Shown piece by piece: positions 10,815-22,572 of a stretch of 64,000 bases of DNA. A model generated the notes under the pieces. It was not told the DNA's origin and did not search any database. It saw only the letters and a list, made by a program, of their open reading frames with translations. Origin of the DNA: Phaeosaccion multiseriatum (taxonomy: Eukaryota > Protista > Ochrophyta, other classes); contig OZ218952.1 of the NCBI GenBank assembly GCA_965112735.1, forward strand, positions 310,001 through 374,000, written 5' to 3'. The first letter of the stretch is position 1, and each line of letters opens with the position of its first letter. The translations under genes and the position numbers were made by a program.

Positions 10815-12285
10815 TTAGTATTCATCACCCGGCTCCTCTACCTCTTCGTGGGCCTCAGCCTGCATTTCACCGAGTTCGTCCTCAATACTGAGCGCACCCA
10901 TATTGGGCGGTTCACTAGATCCACCACCACCACCACCACCAGGGTTTGCCCCGCCCATAGCTGAGTTGCCCAAATCGCCCACTGAGTTGCCCAAGTCGTT
11001 CACTCCACTTTTGATCATGTCAAACATTTTCTTGGCATTTTTGCCCGCCCCTTTGGTTGCCCCCTTGAACTGCTCATTCTTCATTACCGACTCTGCCGCT
11101 TTGGAGGCCTTTCCGGCGGCAGCCTTGGCCGCTTTTGCCGCTTTGCCTATGTTGGCGCCCTGAGCAAGAAGAGGCAGGACGTGTCAAACACGTGAAAGAA
11201 ACTTTAACTTTGCCTGCCAGTCGTGGTTGGAGTCGAGATGATGCTGCACACAAAGCACGCACGCTACCCGGGAAACACGAGTATCCACCCCCACCCCCCT
11301 TCCTTACCCGAAATGATGAGCCGAGAGAGCCCAACGACCTGCCCACTCTGCCGGCGACCCCGCTCGCCCCACCGGCCGCACCGGCGGCTGCGCCGGCGGC
11401 CGCGCCCGCCGCCAACCCGGCCTTGCCCGAGACGCCGCCTTCCCCTCCGTCCTCCTCCACTTCCTCACCGTCCTCCTCCACTTCCGCACCATCCTCCTCC
11501 ACTTCCGCACCATCCTCCTCCACTTCAGCGGCACACTCCTCCCCTTCTACCCCATCACCCCCCTCTGCCTCATCCCCGCCTTCCTCCCCATCCTCCCCTT
11601 CGTCCTCCTCATCCGAACCACCCGAGGAGGAGCGCTGCCTGCTCCTACGAGAGCTGCCGCGGCGCTGCTGAGAGCCCCTGGGGGCCTGCAGCAGAGAGCA
11701 AGGGCGGGGGAGAAGCCAGAATAGTGAGCAGCAGTAGACTTGCGAAGACAAGGAGCGAATCAAGCAACTGACTGCCCCGGCCACTCACCGGCGCTGTGGC
11801 CATCTTCAACATGTTATTGAAAAGCTCATTATCATTATTGGAATCCTTGGTGGAGACCTCGGGGGCGCCCAAGAGGCTGACTTTGAGGGGGACGTTGAAG
11901 AAGACAGGCACTCCATCCAGGCCCTGCTGTGCAAGCAAGGCGCTCTGCGATACCGCGTACACTATGATGCACTTTAGAGACGTTCCTGAGAGTTAAAAGG
12001 GGGGATGAGCTTAGCTAATTACGACGCGCATACGATGCCCCCCCCCTCCTGGGCCTCACCTGTTCCATCTTTTTGTAGGAGCAGTCGATTTATCACCCCA
12101 TATGGCCCCGCGAGCTGGACCAAGGTCGCCTCGGTGGCTGCATCGTCGTTCATGTCCTTTCGTGGGAGGCAGGAGTGATTGATGAGAAGGGGGGAGAGAG
12201 AAGAGCGCCACCTATAACAGAGGCACCTGCTTCTTACCCTAATGTTGTCGATCATGATGCTGCAATTACGCTCGGCTTCAGTCAT
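10815..12285 (-). CDS. Protein with a divergent N-terminal RRM-like domain and acidic/Gly-Ala low-complexity tail, 5 coding exons
   Basis: Spliced: MTEAERNCSIMIDNIR|DMNDDAATEATLVQLAGPYGVINRLLLQKDGT|GTSLKCIIVYAVSQSALLAQQGLDGVPVFFNVPLKVSLL, which follows the RRM beta-alpha-beta-beta-alpha-beta pattern. GT-AG junctions keep the frame to the stop at 10815. Confidence 0.7.
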
Positions 12286-13031
12286 TGCCGTACTGATTGG
12301 GGCCCCTCCTCCTACTGCTCCTTCACCTGCAAAAGCTGGGGTGAGACGACAACAGGATTACTATTAGCTACACAGGAGACCCCATCCTCTTGTGCATATA
12401 GTATACAGACTTACCCGCCATCCTGGTCGCTCTGCCTCTCTGCAAAAGTAGAAGGTGCGTCAATGTTTGTGGCAGCGTGCGCAAATTTGCGCACTCCCCT
12501 ACAAAAGGTGCCGTGCAAAAGGAAGGCAAGCTGAGGGTGGTGGAGAAGGGGGAAAAGATTTCCGAAGGAGGGAGTTGTGGAGTTTTTACAGTTTTGCAGG
12601 ACTTTCGAGGAGAAGAACAGCCGGAGAAAAAGGAGAGAGGAGAAGAAAGGGGAAATATGGCTCCATACACGCCGACTTGGCGGCCCCTGGGCCTTGGCAA
12701 GGGTAGTGCTTATAAGGTAGTGCCCGCCGCGAGCGCGCGCGCGTGCCTGAGCCACACAGATGGCAGCACAAAATTTTCGATTTAATTTTGATGTGGCTGT
12801 GTGTGAGTGCGTGTTGACAGTGCGTGTGAGTGCGTGAATGCAGCTGCCCACACCACGGCAAAGCAGGCGCTGTTCCTTGACACATGTCGCGAACCTCATT
12901 CCAATGGCTGCCGGCGGCGAATATGACTCGCTTGTGTCTCACCAGCAGCAGGCCAGCAGCCAGCCAGGCCACGCACGCCACCAGCCATTTCACCCTGACC
13001 TGCCTGGGCTGGCTGCCTCATCCCCATGCAT

Positions 13032-13239
13032 TCGACCCCTGATACACTATCCGCTATCCGCTATCGCCGGCGCCAGCCGGCACGCTATCCGCTATCGCCG
13101 GCGCCAGCCGGCTTTGGGGGGGGGGTGGGGGGGGGGTTGTTGGGGCGTGCTATCCGCCAGCCGGCGCGCTATCCGCTATCGCCGGGGCCCGATAGCGCGC
13201 TATCGAGAATGTGGCGATAGTGTAGCTATCAGGGGTCGA
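13032..13239. mobile_element. MITE family B (208 bp)
   Basis: TIRs TCGACCCCTGATA...TATCAGGGGTCGA, flanked by ATGCAT on both sides (13026-31 and 13240-45). Interior is built from CGCTATC/GATAGCG repeats. Confidence 0.8.
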
Positions 13240-13321
13240 ATGCATCCTCACCTTCACTCACCCTCACCCTCACCCTCATCCCCTCAGAGCCGAAGATGGG
13301 GCGTCTACCCTGTTGAAACTG

Positions 13322-14016
13322 CCCGATCTCCGTCGCTGGATGTAGATGATGTGTCGGCTCCAGGCGAGGTTTCTCGGGCCCCCGATAAAGCAGAAGCCTG
13401 CGGCGGCCTGCGGCGGCCTGCGGCCGAAAGTAAGAAGCCTGCGGCTGGCCTGCGGCCAGAAGCCCGAAGCCTGGAGGGGGCTACGGCCCAGAAGCCTAAA
13501 GCCCGAGAAACCTCGCCTGGAGCCGATGATGTGAAGAAGAGGTGGGTAGATAGATGTACTAGTGTGCGTATATGTCAGTCAGCAGTCGTGTGAGACTTGC
13601 AAAGACTGGGGCAATACGGTGCTGCTACGGTCAGTGGACAGCGTACAGCAATGGGGAGCTTGGGGCTCGTAGGACGCCAGTGGACGAGGCGAATGACAAA
13701 CAGAGGGCAAGCAATGGAACCGAAGAGGAGGGGAGGGCGACAATCGATAGTGCAACCTTACCTCGAGTCCATGTCATGGTAGACGATTTGGTTGGTGGGG
13801 GGGAGAAGTCCTATTTGAGTCTGTTTATCTGGTTGTGAGCACTAGTTGTGCTCCTAGTCCCCGAGGGGGGAAGATAAGCGTGGCATGATTGACTGCAAGT
13901 TGCAGGCCATGTCATCACAGTGTGGTGGTCGCAGAAGGCGCGTCCACAGAACATGAGTCTAATGTACGATACTAAAGTGTCGGAACCCTGTAGTTCACAG
14001 TTAGCTTGGTACTTCC
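13322..14016 (+). repeat. Degenerate dispersed direct repeat, copy 1 (interrupted by MITE A)
   Basis: Colinear blocks shared with 20504-21038: cccgatctccgtc..gatgtagatgat, gtagatagatgta, ctcgagtccatg, gagcactagttgtgctc, gcatgattgactgcaagttgcaggcc, gtcgcagaaggcgcgt, gtcggaaccctgtag, cttggtacttcc. Confidence 0.85.
13354..13526. mobile_element. MITE family A, copy 1 (173 bp)
   Basis: Perfect 26-bp TIR TCGGCTCCAGGCGAGGTTTCTCGGGC, with TGATGTG duplicated on both sides. The paralogous empty site (single TGATGCG) lies near 20529 in the second direct-repeat copy. Confidence 0.9.
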
Positions 14017-14529
14017 AACATACCCTATCCCAGAGCCCGCCCTAGCCTCGGCTCAACTTGAACTTCGGAAGCATCACATGGGAGAACGGGCGGGGGTCGA
14101 CGGGGGGGGGGCGGAGGCGCAAGAGCGTGAGCAGCCAGGAGCCCCCTGTCGCTCTGTTCGCTGCCTGTGGTGGAGGTGGGACAGGCTCAATTACGTATTA
14201 GTAGGTAGGCAGGACAGTAAGTCAATGATGTGGGACGCGGCCTTTTCGGGGCCTGGTTGGCCCCTCCGCACTCCTGAACCCGTATAGACCAAGTGGATAG
14301 CTCTCCTTAAACAAGGAGGCTTTCCGGGGTCTTAGGGTGGGATAGTCCCTGTTATTTAAAAAAAAAATATATATAATTGGTGCCAGCATTGGTCTCTTCT
14401 CTCCCTTCCTTTTGGGACCGGAACGCAGCGTTCAGCTTGGGGGTGCCTTCCTCCTCTTAGGTAGAGGGAGGTAGCGGCCCCACATGCCCTATCCGGCTGT
14501 GGCTGCGTGGCTGCAGTGCTGCAAGGCCA

Positions 14530-16710
14530 CTGACTGACTGACTGACTGACTGACTGACTGACTGACTGACTGACTGACTGACTGACTGACTGACTGACTG
14601 ACCGACTGACTGCCTGACTGACTGACTGACAGCCTGACTGACTGACTGACTGACTGACTGACTGACTGACTGACTGACTGACTGACTGACTGACTGACTG
14701 CCTGACTGACTGACCGACTGACCGCCTGACTGACTGACTGACTGACACCAGGCCCTGACTGATCCCTCCCCCTCTCCCCGCATGCCTCCAATGACCCATC
14801 CCCCCGCAGAGGCGAGCAAGAGCGCAGAGCAAAGCGCCGCAGCGGAAACCACCGCCCGGGAGGAGCTTGTGAAGGTCAGGGCCGAGGCAGAGCAGCAGCT
14901 TGCTGAGGTCAGGGCCGAGGCGGAGGAGGCGAAGCTGCGGCTCAGTGCCACAGAGGCGCTCGAGAGGAGCGCTGGGGAGGCCCTCTCGGCCCTGAGGGCT
15001 CAGCTTGAGGAGGAGCACGAGGCAGCGCTGCAGGTACAAGGGTTGCGGGGTGGTGGGCTGTTGTTGTTGCTGCTATTGCTGCCGCTGCTGCTTGAAGTGC
15101 TGCTGCTACTTGTGCAACTCTTCTACTCTCCCTAACTTGCCGTATGTCTCTATCCCTCTCAATCCTCACTCTCCCTCCCCCCCCATCTGCCTCTCTCCCT
15201 TTCTCAACCCCTCTCCTCCCGTACGTTGCCATCCACTGCCATCCACTGTCATCCATTGACATCCACTGTCATCCACTGCCATACATCCCTTAGGCTGCCA
15301 AGCAAGCGGCCGCCGCCGAGCAGCAGGAGGAGAGGGAGGCAGGCGGAGGAGAGGAGGAAGGAGCAAGTGGCCGCGGCGGTGGCGCATGTCGAGGCGGAGA
15401 CCCTCGCTCCCCTGCGAGAGGCGCTGAGGGCCAAGGAGGGGGAGGCAGCAGGTACTGCTCACTGACTGACTGCCTGACTGACTGACTGACTGCCTGCCTG
15501 ACTGACTGACTGACTGACCGACTGACCGCCTGACTGACTGACTGACTGACTGACTGACTGACCCCAGGCATTGACTGATCTCTCCCTCCCTCCCTCCCTC
15601 CCCGCATGCCTCCAATCCCCCCCATAGAGGCAAGCAAGAGCGCAGAGCAAAGCGCCGCAGCGGAAACCGCCGCCCGGGAGGAGCTTGCAAAGGTCAGGGC
15701 CGAGGCAGAGCAGCAGCTTGCTGAGGTCAGGGCCGAGGCGGAGGAGGCGAAGCTGCGGCTCAGTGCCACAGAGGCGCACGAGAGGAGCGCTGGGGAGGCC
15801 CTCTCGGCCCTGAGGGCTCAGCTTGAGGAGGAGCATGAGGCAGCGCTGCAGGTACAAGGGTTGCGGGGTGGTGGGCTGTTGTTGTTGCTGCTATTGCTGT
15901 TGCTGCTGCTACTGGTGATCCTGCTGCTGCTCCTACTTGTAGCTCTGCTGGGATCTGCCGGCAGCACGTCGATCGACTCTGAGAGATAGAGGCGTATGAA
16001 TACCTCGATCTCCTCTCATTCTCTCCTCCTACCTCCCTCTCCCCCCATGTGCCTCTCTCTCTTTCTCAACCCCTCTCCCCCCGTACACTGTCATCCACTG
16101 TCATCCACTGCCATCTACTGCCATCCACTGGCACACACCCCCCCTAGGCTGTCAAGCGAGAGAAGCAGGAGGCGGTGCAGCAGGCTGTGGGTGCTGCCCA
16201 GGGGGGCGCGCAGGAGCAGCTCAGTCAGGCCCTGCAGGAGGAGAGAGCGCAGGCGGAGGGGAGGAGGAAGGAGCAAGTGGCCGCGGCGGTGGCGCCTGTC
16301 GAGGCGGAGACCCTCGCTCCCCTGCGAGAGGCGCTGAGGGCCAAGGAGGGGGAGGCAGCAGGTACTGCTCACTGACTGACTGCCTGCCTGACTGACCGAC
16401 TGACAGCCTGACTGACCGCCTGACTGACTGACTGACTGACTGACTGACTGACTGACTGACACCAGGCCTTGACTGATCCCTCTCTCCCTCCCTCCCTCCC
16501 TCCCTCCCCGCATGCCTCCAATCCCCCCCCCCCGGCAGAGGCGAGCAAGACAGCAGAGCAAAGCGCCGCAGCGGAAACCACCGCCCGGGAGGAGCTTGCG
16601 AAGGTCAGGGCCGAGGCAGGGCAGCAGCTTGCTGAGGTCAGGGCCGAGGCGGAGGAGGCGAAGCTGCGGCTCAGTGCCACAGAGGCGCACGAGAGGAGCG
16701 CTGGGCTGGA
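14530..16710 (+). repeat. Tandem triplication of an approximately 850-bp intron+exon unit encoding coiled coil
   Basis: Three near-identical (CTGA)n introns, each followed by exon EASKSAEQSAAAETTAREEL..KLRLSATEA (about 14810, 15628, 16539). Exon ..KEQVAAAVAxVEAETLAPLREALRAKEGEAA occurs twice. Confidence 0.9.
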
Positions 16711-17410
16711 GGTACGCGCGTTGTATGTTCAGCCATTGCTGGCTGGTACTGGTGCTACTGTTGGCGCTGCTACTGCTGCTGCTACTATTACCAGATGGGA
16801 ATCCTTCTCCTTTGCTGTACATCTGTCAGCAGGCAGTCCATCTTTTCTGTCAGCCTCTCCCTCCCTCCCTCCCTCCTTCCATCTGCCAACCTACCTCTAC
16901 TGCCATCCGCCGCCATCCGTGCCCCCCCCCCCCCTCTAGGCTGCCATCGCCGCAGCCACGGAGGTGCACGCCGCGGAAACCCTTGCGGCAGTCGCCAAAT
17001 GTGAGGAGCTGGAGGCAAAGAGCGAGACCCAAGCGATGAAGGCACGCGCCAAACAGGAGGCATTGGAGAAGGAGATGCTGAGGCTCAAGGAGGACAAGGC
17101 CAAGGCGGAGGAGCAGGTACGTGTGTGGAGAGTAGAGGGCATCGAATTGTAATGTAGAGAGCGTCGACATGCCATGTAGAGATTGTGCAGAGGTAGACAA
17201 GAGAGAGGGGTTCTGGGCGATATCGCCTTGCCGCGAAGAAAGTAACACAAAAATGCACACACAAAACGCATCCGCGCACACACACGCACACACACGCACA
17301 CACACGCACACACACGCACACACACGCACACACACGCACACACACACGCACACACACACGCACACACACACACACACACAAACGTGCGCACACTCACACG
17401 CACACACACA

Positions 17411-17442
<32 letters not shown>

Positions 17443-19083
17443 GGCATCGGCCCTGCTTCCTCTGAAGCGCGAATTGGAGACTCTCCAGGCCAAGCTCGAG
17501 ATGCAGGAGCAGAGGCTGTCCGAAGCCGTTGCCAAGGAACAGGGCCAGTTGGTGATACAGCAGGGGCTGCAGAACAGCGTACAGGAGGCACAGACCTCGG
17601 AGCAGCGATGGAAGACGGAGGCAAGGAACATCTTAGCCCGGCTCGATGATAAGCATGCCGAAGCGGAGGCCCTCGCGGCGGAGGACATTGCCCGCAAGGA
17701 GGAGTTGAGAGCGCGTGAGGAGACCCTACAGCGTCGGGAGGAGGAGGCGGAGGGGAAGGCAAAGGAGAGGGAGATGGCACTCGATGCGAGGGAGAAGGAG
17801 GTGGAGAGGCCCCTTGCGGTGGCGGAGAAGAAGGCAGCAGATGCCTGGCCGTAGTGTCGGAAGCAGCAGCGGCGGCGGCAGCGGCAGAGGTAGCGGCGGT
17901 GGAGGGGGCAGAGGAGAGAGGAGAGGGCGAGACAAATGACCTCATCACGACCAAGACAGAGGAGGAGGAGGGAGGGGAGGGACCGAAGCAGACGGCCACC
18001 GCAGTTGCAGCGAAGGAAGCGGCACAGGCGGAGGAGGCGCGTGGACTGCAGCTAGAGGCCGGTGGGGAGGAGGAAGATGGCAGCGGATGGAGGGCCCAGC
18101 TGGGGCAGCTGAGGGTGGAGCTGTTGGAGGCGCAGACGGCCCTTGCCAGCAAGGATAAGGCACTGAATGAGGCCCTGGACAAGCCTCAGGAGGGAAGGGG
18201 AGAGGGGGAGGGGGGGGGGGAGGGACAGAAGGAGGAGGAACTGCAGGAGAGGTGAGTAGGGGGCGTGTGTGTATGTGTGTGCATGTGTGTATATGCGTGT
18301 GTGAAGAATTCTCACCCCTGTCTCCCTCTCTCCCTCTCTCTCCGTCCTTCTCAGGGCGCCGGTCTTAGAGAGGACGCTGGCCATGACGGAGAAGCGCGCA
18401 GCGAAGCCGCCGCGGAGGAATGCGTGAGGGAAGCCCATGCAGCTCTCAAGGTGGGCGAACCTGCCTCCATCCGCTGCCATCCTCCTCTGACCCTGCCTCT
18501 GACCCACCATACCCTGACCTCAAAATCCTGATTCCTGCTTGAGGCCTTCCCTTCCCCCATACCCTCTCTCCTCGCTAACTCCCATCCACTGCCATCTTTG
18601 TTCCTCCGTCCCTCCCTCCCTCTCTCCCCATCCACTACCATCCATCTCTCACTGACTTGGGCGGAATACAAGGACAAGCTCCGCAGTGCCATCGCCAGCG
18701 CCGCGGCCCTCACGGACGAGGATGGGAACTTTGTTGACATTATGGGCCTTGTGTTTGAGGAAGAAGCAGGTGCAGCAGCAGCAGCAGCAGCAGCAGTTGG
18801 TGATACAGCAGGAAGTGATTCCGAGGAGAGTAGCGAGAAGGGCAAAGACGAGGAGGAGGACGAGTACTCGTCCCCAGAAGCGGTGCTGGAGAGGAGCAAG
18901 GAGAAGGTGTGGGGCCTTTTCCAGGGCATCGCGGAGGGAGGGGAGGGAGGGGACGACGACGAGGAGGAGGGGGCGGGCACTTCCATCGCTGTGGCCGTCC
19001 GCTGCCGTCCCTTTAATCAGAGGGAGAAGGATAAGGCCAGTCTTTCGTGTGTGGACTTTGCAGGACAGGAGGTCGTGCTCAAG
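14810..19083 (+). pseudogene. Disrupted fragment of a long coiled-coil protein ending in the first residues of a kinesin motor domain
   Basis: Last exon reads SIAVAVRCRPFNQREKDKASLSCVDFAGQEVVLK|gt, the kinesin motor N-terminal RxRP motif, but no kinesin P-loop exon follows. Frameshifts at about 15335, 17844 and 18403; the expected acceptor at 18659-60 reads GG; no start exon found. Confidence 0.7.
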
Positions 19084-19246
19084 GTGCGTGGGTGCGTGCG
19101 TGAGGGGTCACAGCTGGATGGGTGTTGGTGCTATTCTTCTCCACCTTCTTATTTCTCCTCTGCTCGATTTTGATCTCTGCGATGTGATTCAATCCCTGTG
19201 TGTGCGTGTGTGTGTGTGTGGTTGGCCGGGGGGGGGGGTCCTACCT

Positions 19247-19560
19247 GCCTCCCTCCCTCCCTCCCTCCCTCCCTCCCTCCCTCCCTCCCTCCCTCCCTCC
19301 CTCCCTCCCTCCCTCCCTCCCTCCCTCCCTCCCTCCCTCCCTCCCTCCCTCCCTCCCTCCCTCCCTCCCTCCCTCCCTCCCTCCCTCCCTCCCTCCCTCC
19401 CTCCCTCCCTCCCTCCCTCCCTCCCTCCCTCCCTCCCTCCCTCCCTCCCTCCCTCCCTCCCTCCCTCCCTGCCTCCCTCCCTCCCTCCCTCCCTCCCTCC
19501 CTCCCTCCCTCCCTCCCTCCCTCCCTCCCTCCCTCCCTCCCTCCCTCCCTCCTTCCGTCC
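19247..19560. repeat. (CCCT)n microsatellite, about 310 bp
   Basis: Directly visible. Confidence 0.95.
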
Positions 19561-20503
19561 TTCCTTCCTTCCTGACCGGGGACACGCAGCTGGCTGGGCC
19601 TCTTTCAGGTGGAGTCACATGGGCAGGCAGCAGGCATATGGGCATATGGGAGGGGGGTAGCACAGGAGAGGGGGGGGCGCACCACGCCGTCTTCCGCCTC
19701 TTTGAGTGCCGCGCCGCAGACCACTTAAGCACTGATTGAGTGTGTGAGCGTGTGTGTGGCTTCGCCTCCCCTCGAAGGCGGACACTCTCGAAGACTTTGT
19801 GGCGTGGTCGGTGAGCGCAGAAGAGAAGAGGACAAAGCATTTGCAGGCCACGGAGCCCCCCCCCCTCCTGTCGATTCGACCCCAGCCCACACCTAACATA
19901 CATCCCACCCGCGTGTCGTACCATAGCTACCACTCGTCCTAAACACGACGACGATCCACGGCGGGCACCACCATCAGCTCCATCTGCCGGATACAGCCCC
20001 CCCCCGAGCTCCTGACCACCGCCAGTCGGGCCGCAGCAGGCAGGGGTCCAGCAGGCTAAGGCAAGAGTGGGAGGACGCCCAAGGCAGCGCTCTCAAGGCA
20101 ACCCGGCTGGCGAGCTGCTTGCTTGGCGTCGCCAGCTGTGAAAGACAGGCCTCCGACCCCTCCAATTTTCAGTTTCTTAGGTGATTCAATGCAGTTCCCC
20201 TCCAATCCGCTGGCAACAACAGCCGAGGAGCGCCTCCCGCCCCGCTGTCGTCTGTGGCAGTGTATGACGTGACCACCACCACGACATCAGTGTCGCTCTG
20301 TGTCGCAGAAGGAAGGGGCGAGAGGACTCCCCAGCCCTGCGGCGCCGTGAGCCACATCGAAGGGAGTATCTGCAGGTGAGTGAGTGAGCAGCCACCTTCG
20401 TCTCGACGACACCCGGCCGGCTGCGGGGGGGGCTCGGCTTGTACGTTGTTGTCAAAGAGTAGCGCACTCAGTACCCACTCACGCACACACGCTGATGAAT
20501 TGA

Positions 20504-21038
20504 CCCGATCTCCGTCTCTGGATGTAGATGATGCGAAGGAGAGGTCGGTAGATAGATGTAGTGTCCTTCTGTCGTGTGAGACTAGCTAGCAAAGACTCGA
20601 GTCCATGCATGGTAGACGATTGGATGTTGAATGTCCTATTTAAGTCTGTGAGCACTAGTTGTGCTCGCTCCTAGTCCCCGAGGGGGGAGCATAAGCGTGG
20701 CTGGCATGATTGACTGCAAGTTGCAGGCCGTGTGCGGTAGATTGTCCTGCCTGAGGGTTTCCGGTCATACATTCTGGGGCATAACAAGAATGTCGGTTTC
20801 CTAGGCACGCCCCGAGGGGGATGAACGGCTCTGGCGTTTCACCCTTCTCTTTGTGGGCACAAGCTTTGCATCAGCGAGTAGTAGAGATACCTTTATCATT
20901 ACGGACACTGACGCCCCATATATTTGGTCCAAACCCCCCACATGTCATCACGCACAGTGTGGTCGCAGAAGGCGCGTTCACAATTCCTTTCTTTCTGTCG
21001 GAACCCTGTAGCTAGTTCACAGTTGGCTTGGTACTTCC
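20504..21038 (+). repeat. Degenerate dispersed direct repeat, copy 2
   Basis: Colinear with 13322-14016. It lacks the MITE and a ~150-bp block but carries a ~210-bp block (about 20730-20940) absent from copy 1. Confidence 0.85.
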
Positions 21039-21524
21039 GGGACACGCACGCACCCACGCACACACGGGCGGGCCCCTTTCTCCCCTTTTGCATGGGCAGC
21101 CAGCCCGCTGTGCTGTCTGGGTCTAGGTCGATATCGATACTTGCCTGGGGTTAAAATGCCAGTATTTGGTGTCAGGACCCCTTTTCTGCAATCTTCCACT
21201 CTCTCTTTCTTTTGTTCAACAAGGTACCCTGCTCGGCTTCACATATTGGCACAGAGCCAGTGGAGTATTCTCTAAACCCCTTGTAGAGCTTGTGGGCACA
21301 GCATACCACCAACGACTGCACGGTGCTAGGCGGAGGGCTCCCAACGCTCAGCAGGTGAGAGTGAGAGGGGGGTCAATTCGACTGCTGTGGTGGTGTTGGC
21401 AGCAGGACATCGACATTTGACATCGAGGAGGTCTATTTCGGCCTCATACGACATTTGGTATCGAGGAGGCCGTCCACGTAGTCGCCCGCACACCGCATTT
21501 AAATGCCCTATTTTTCGACGAGCA

Positions 21525-21616
21525 AGTTGGGTAGCTCAGTGGCAGAGCGCGGAGCTTTTACTTCACGCAGTAGATTAGGGACTCCGTGGCCGTGGGTTCA
21601 ACCCCCACCTCAGGTT
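21525..21616 (+). tRNA. tRNA-Lys(UUU) with a 20-nt intron (21561-21580); possibly a pseudogene or mobile copy
   Basis: D arm GCTC-AGTGGCA-GAGC; anticodon arm CGGAG-CT-TTT-A[intron]A-CTCCG; T arm GTGGG-TTCAACC-CCCAC; T7 terminator. Acceptor stem AGTTGGG/CTCAGGT has one G:G mismatch and two G:U pairs. Confidence 0.8.
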
Positions 21617-22572
21617 TTTTTCGACCCATCTACTTTTTTCATTTTTTTTTTTTTTTTTTTGCTTTTTTTTTTTTTTTTTTTTTTTTACAAGCCTACAAGG
21701 TGGTGCTTCGGGCTGCGCGTGTGCAGGAGGGCGGGCGTCAATGCAAGGATTAGCCCGAAGCTGAACGTCAACACAAAGCCCATCGAGTGTGCCTGCCTGG
21801 TGGAGAAGGGAGGTCGCAGCGGAGACCAGAGCTGGAGGCAGTGCTTGACGTGACACCGGAGCATATACTTGTGGCCCTCTGGTGAAGACTGTGATGTTCC
21901 ACGCCTTGCTGTGCATCGACCTGGAGTGAGGTGGGCAAGGAGTACAAGGCTAGTGCGGCGGCGCCGGCCCTCCCTTGAAGCAGCTGTGAAAGAGGAAGAG
22001 AAGGTGCTGTTGGTGTTGGTGCCCTGCTCGACCTTCGTCTGGTGCACGCACCGTGGATGACGGCCGCGCAGCTGCGAAGGAACCCCGCTATGGAGAAGGC
22101 AGAAGGCTCAAAAGGCCTCGGCGGGCCAGCAAGCGGGTGGAGCTGCCGCCGCTCCTGGACGAGCTTTGGATCGTCCAGGAGCGGAGGAGGCCCGCCACAC
22201 CCAGCGCCCATGTAGGGACAGGGTTCCGTTCCGGAGTGCCGAGGGAGAACGGGATGGGGGGGGGTGGTGGAGGGGATGGTGGCGGGAGAACGCGAGGTCT
22301 CTGGGGAGGTGGCGCGGGGAGTCAGGGTCCAGGTCAGAGACAGCAACGCCATGTGGGAGTGGGGGGCTCCATCCCCGCTCGGAGCCCCTCCCGAGCTGCA
22401 GCCGAGCCCACACCGCCGCCACCGGCGCCATGGTCGGCATGAGGGTGGGCGTGGGTCACAATAGCGGCAACGGCAGCGGGGCGAGCGGGGGAGGTGAAGG
22501 AGGGGGGTCCGAGTCGAGGTGGTGGAGAAGGCCGGATAAGAGCTGGCAACAGTGGCGACACAGGTGGACAGG

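Noticed and set aside
13837-13860. Helitron 3' end (hairpin GAGCAC-TAGTT-GTGCTC followed by CTAG-T)
   Set aside because: Spacing is shorter than typical and homology with copy 2 continues past the CTAG, so it is not a terminus.
13322-21038. LTR retrotransposon interpretation of the direct repeats
   Set aside because: No clear TG...CA ends, PBS, PPT, TSD or gag/pol motifs; the interior carries spliceosomal introns.
21633-22300. Poly(A)-tailed retroelement on the minus strand next to the tRNA
   Set aside because: No RT or endonuclease motif and no TSD found; the adjacent sequence looks more like a decayed plus-strand exon after a T tract.
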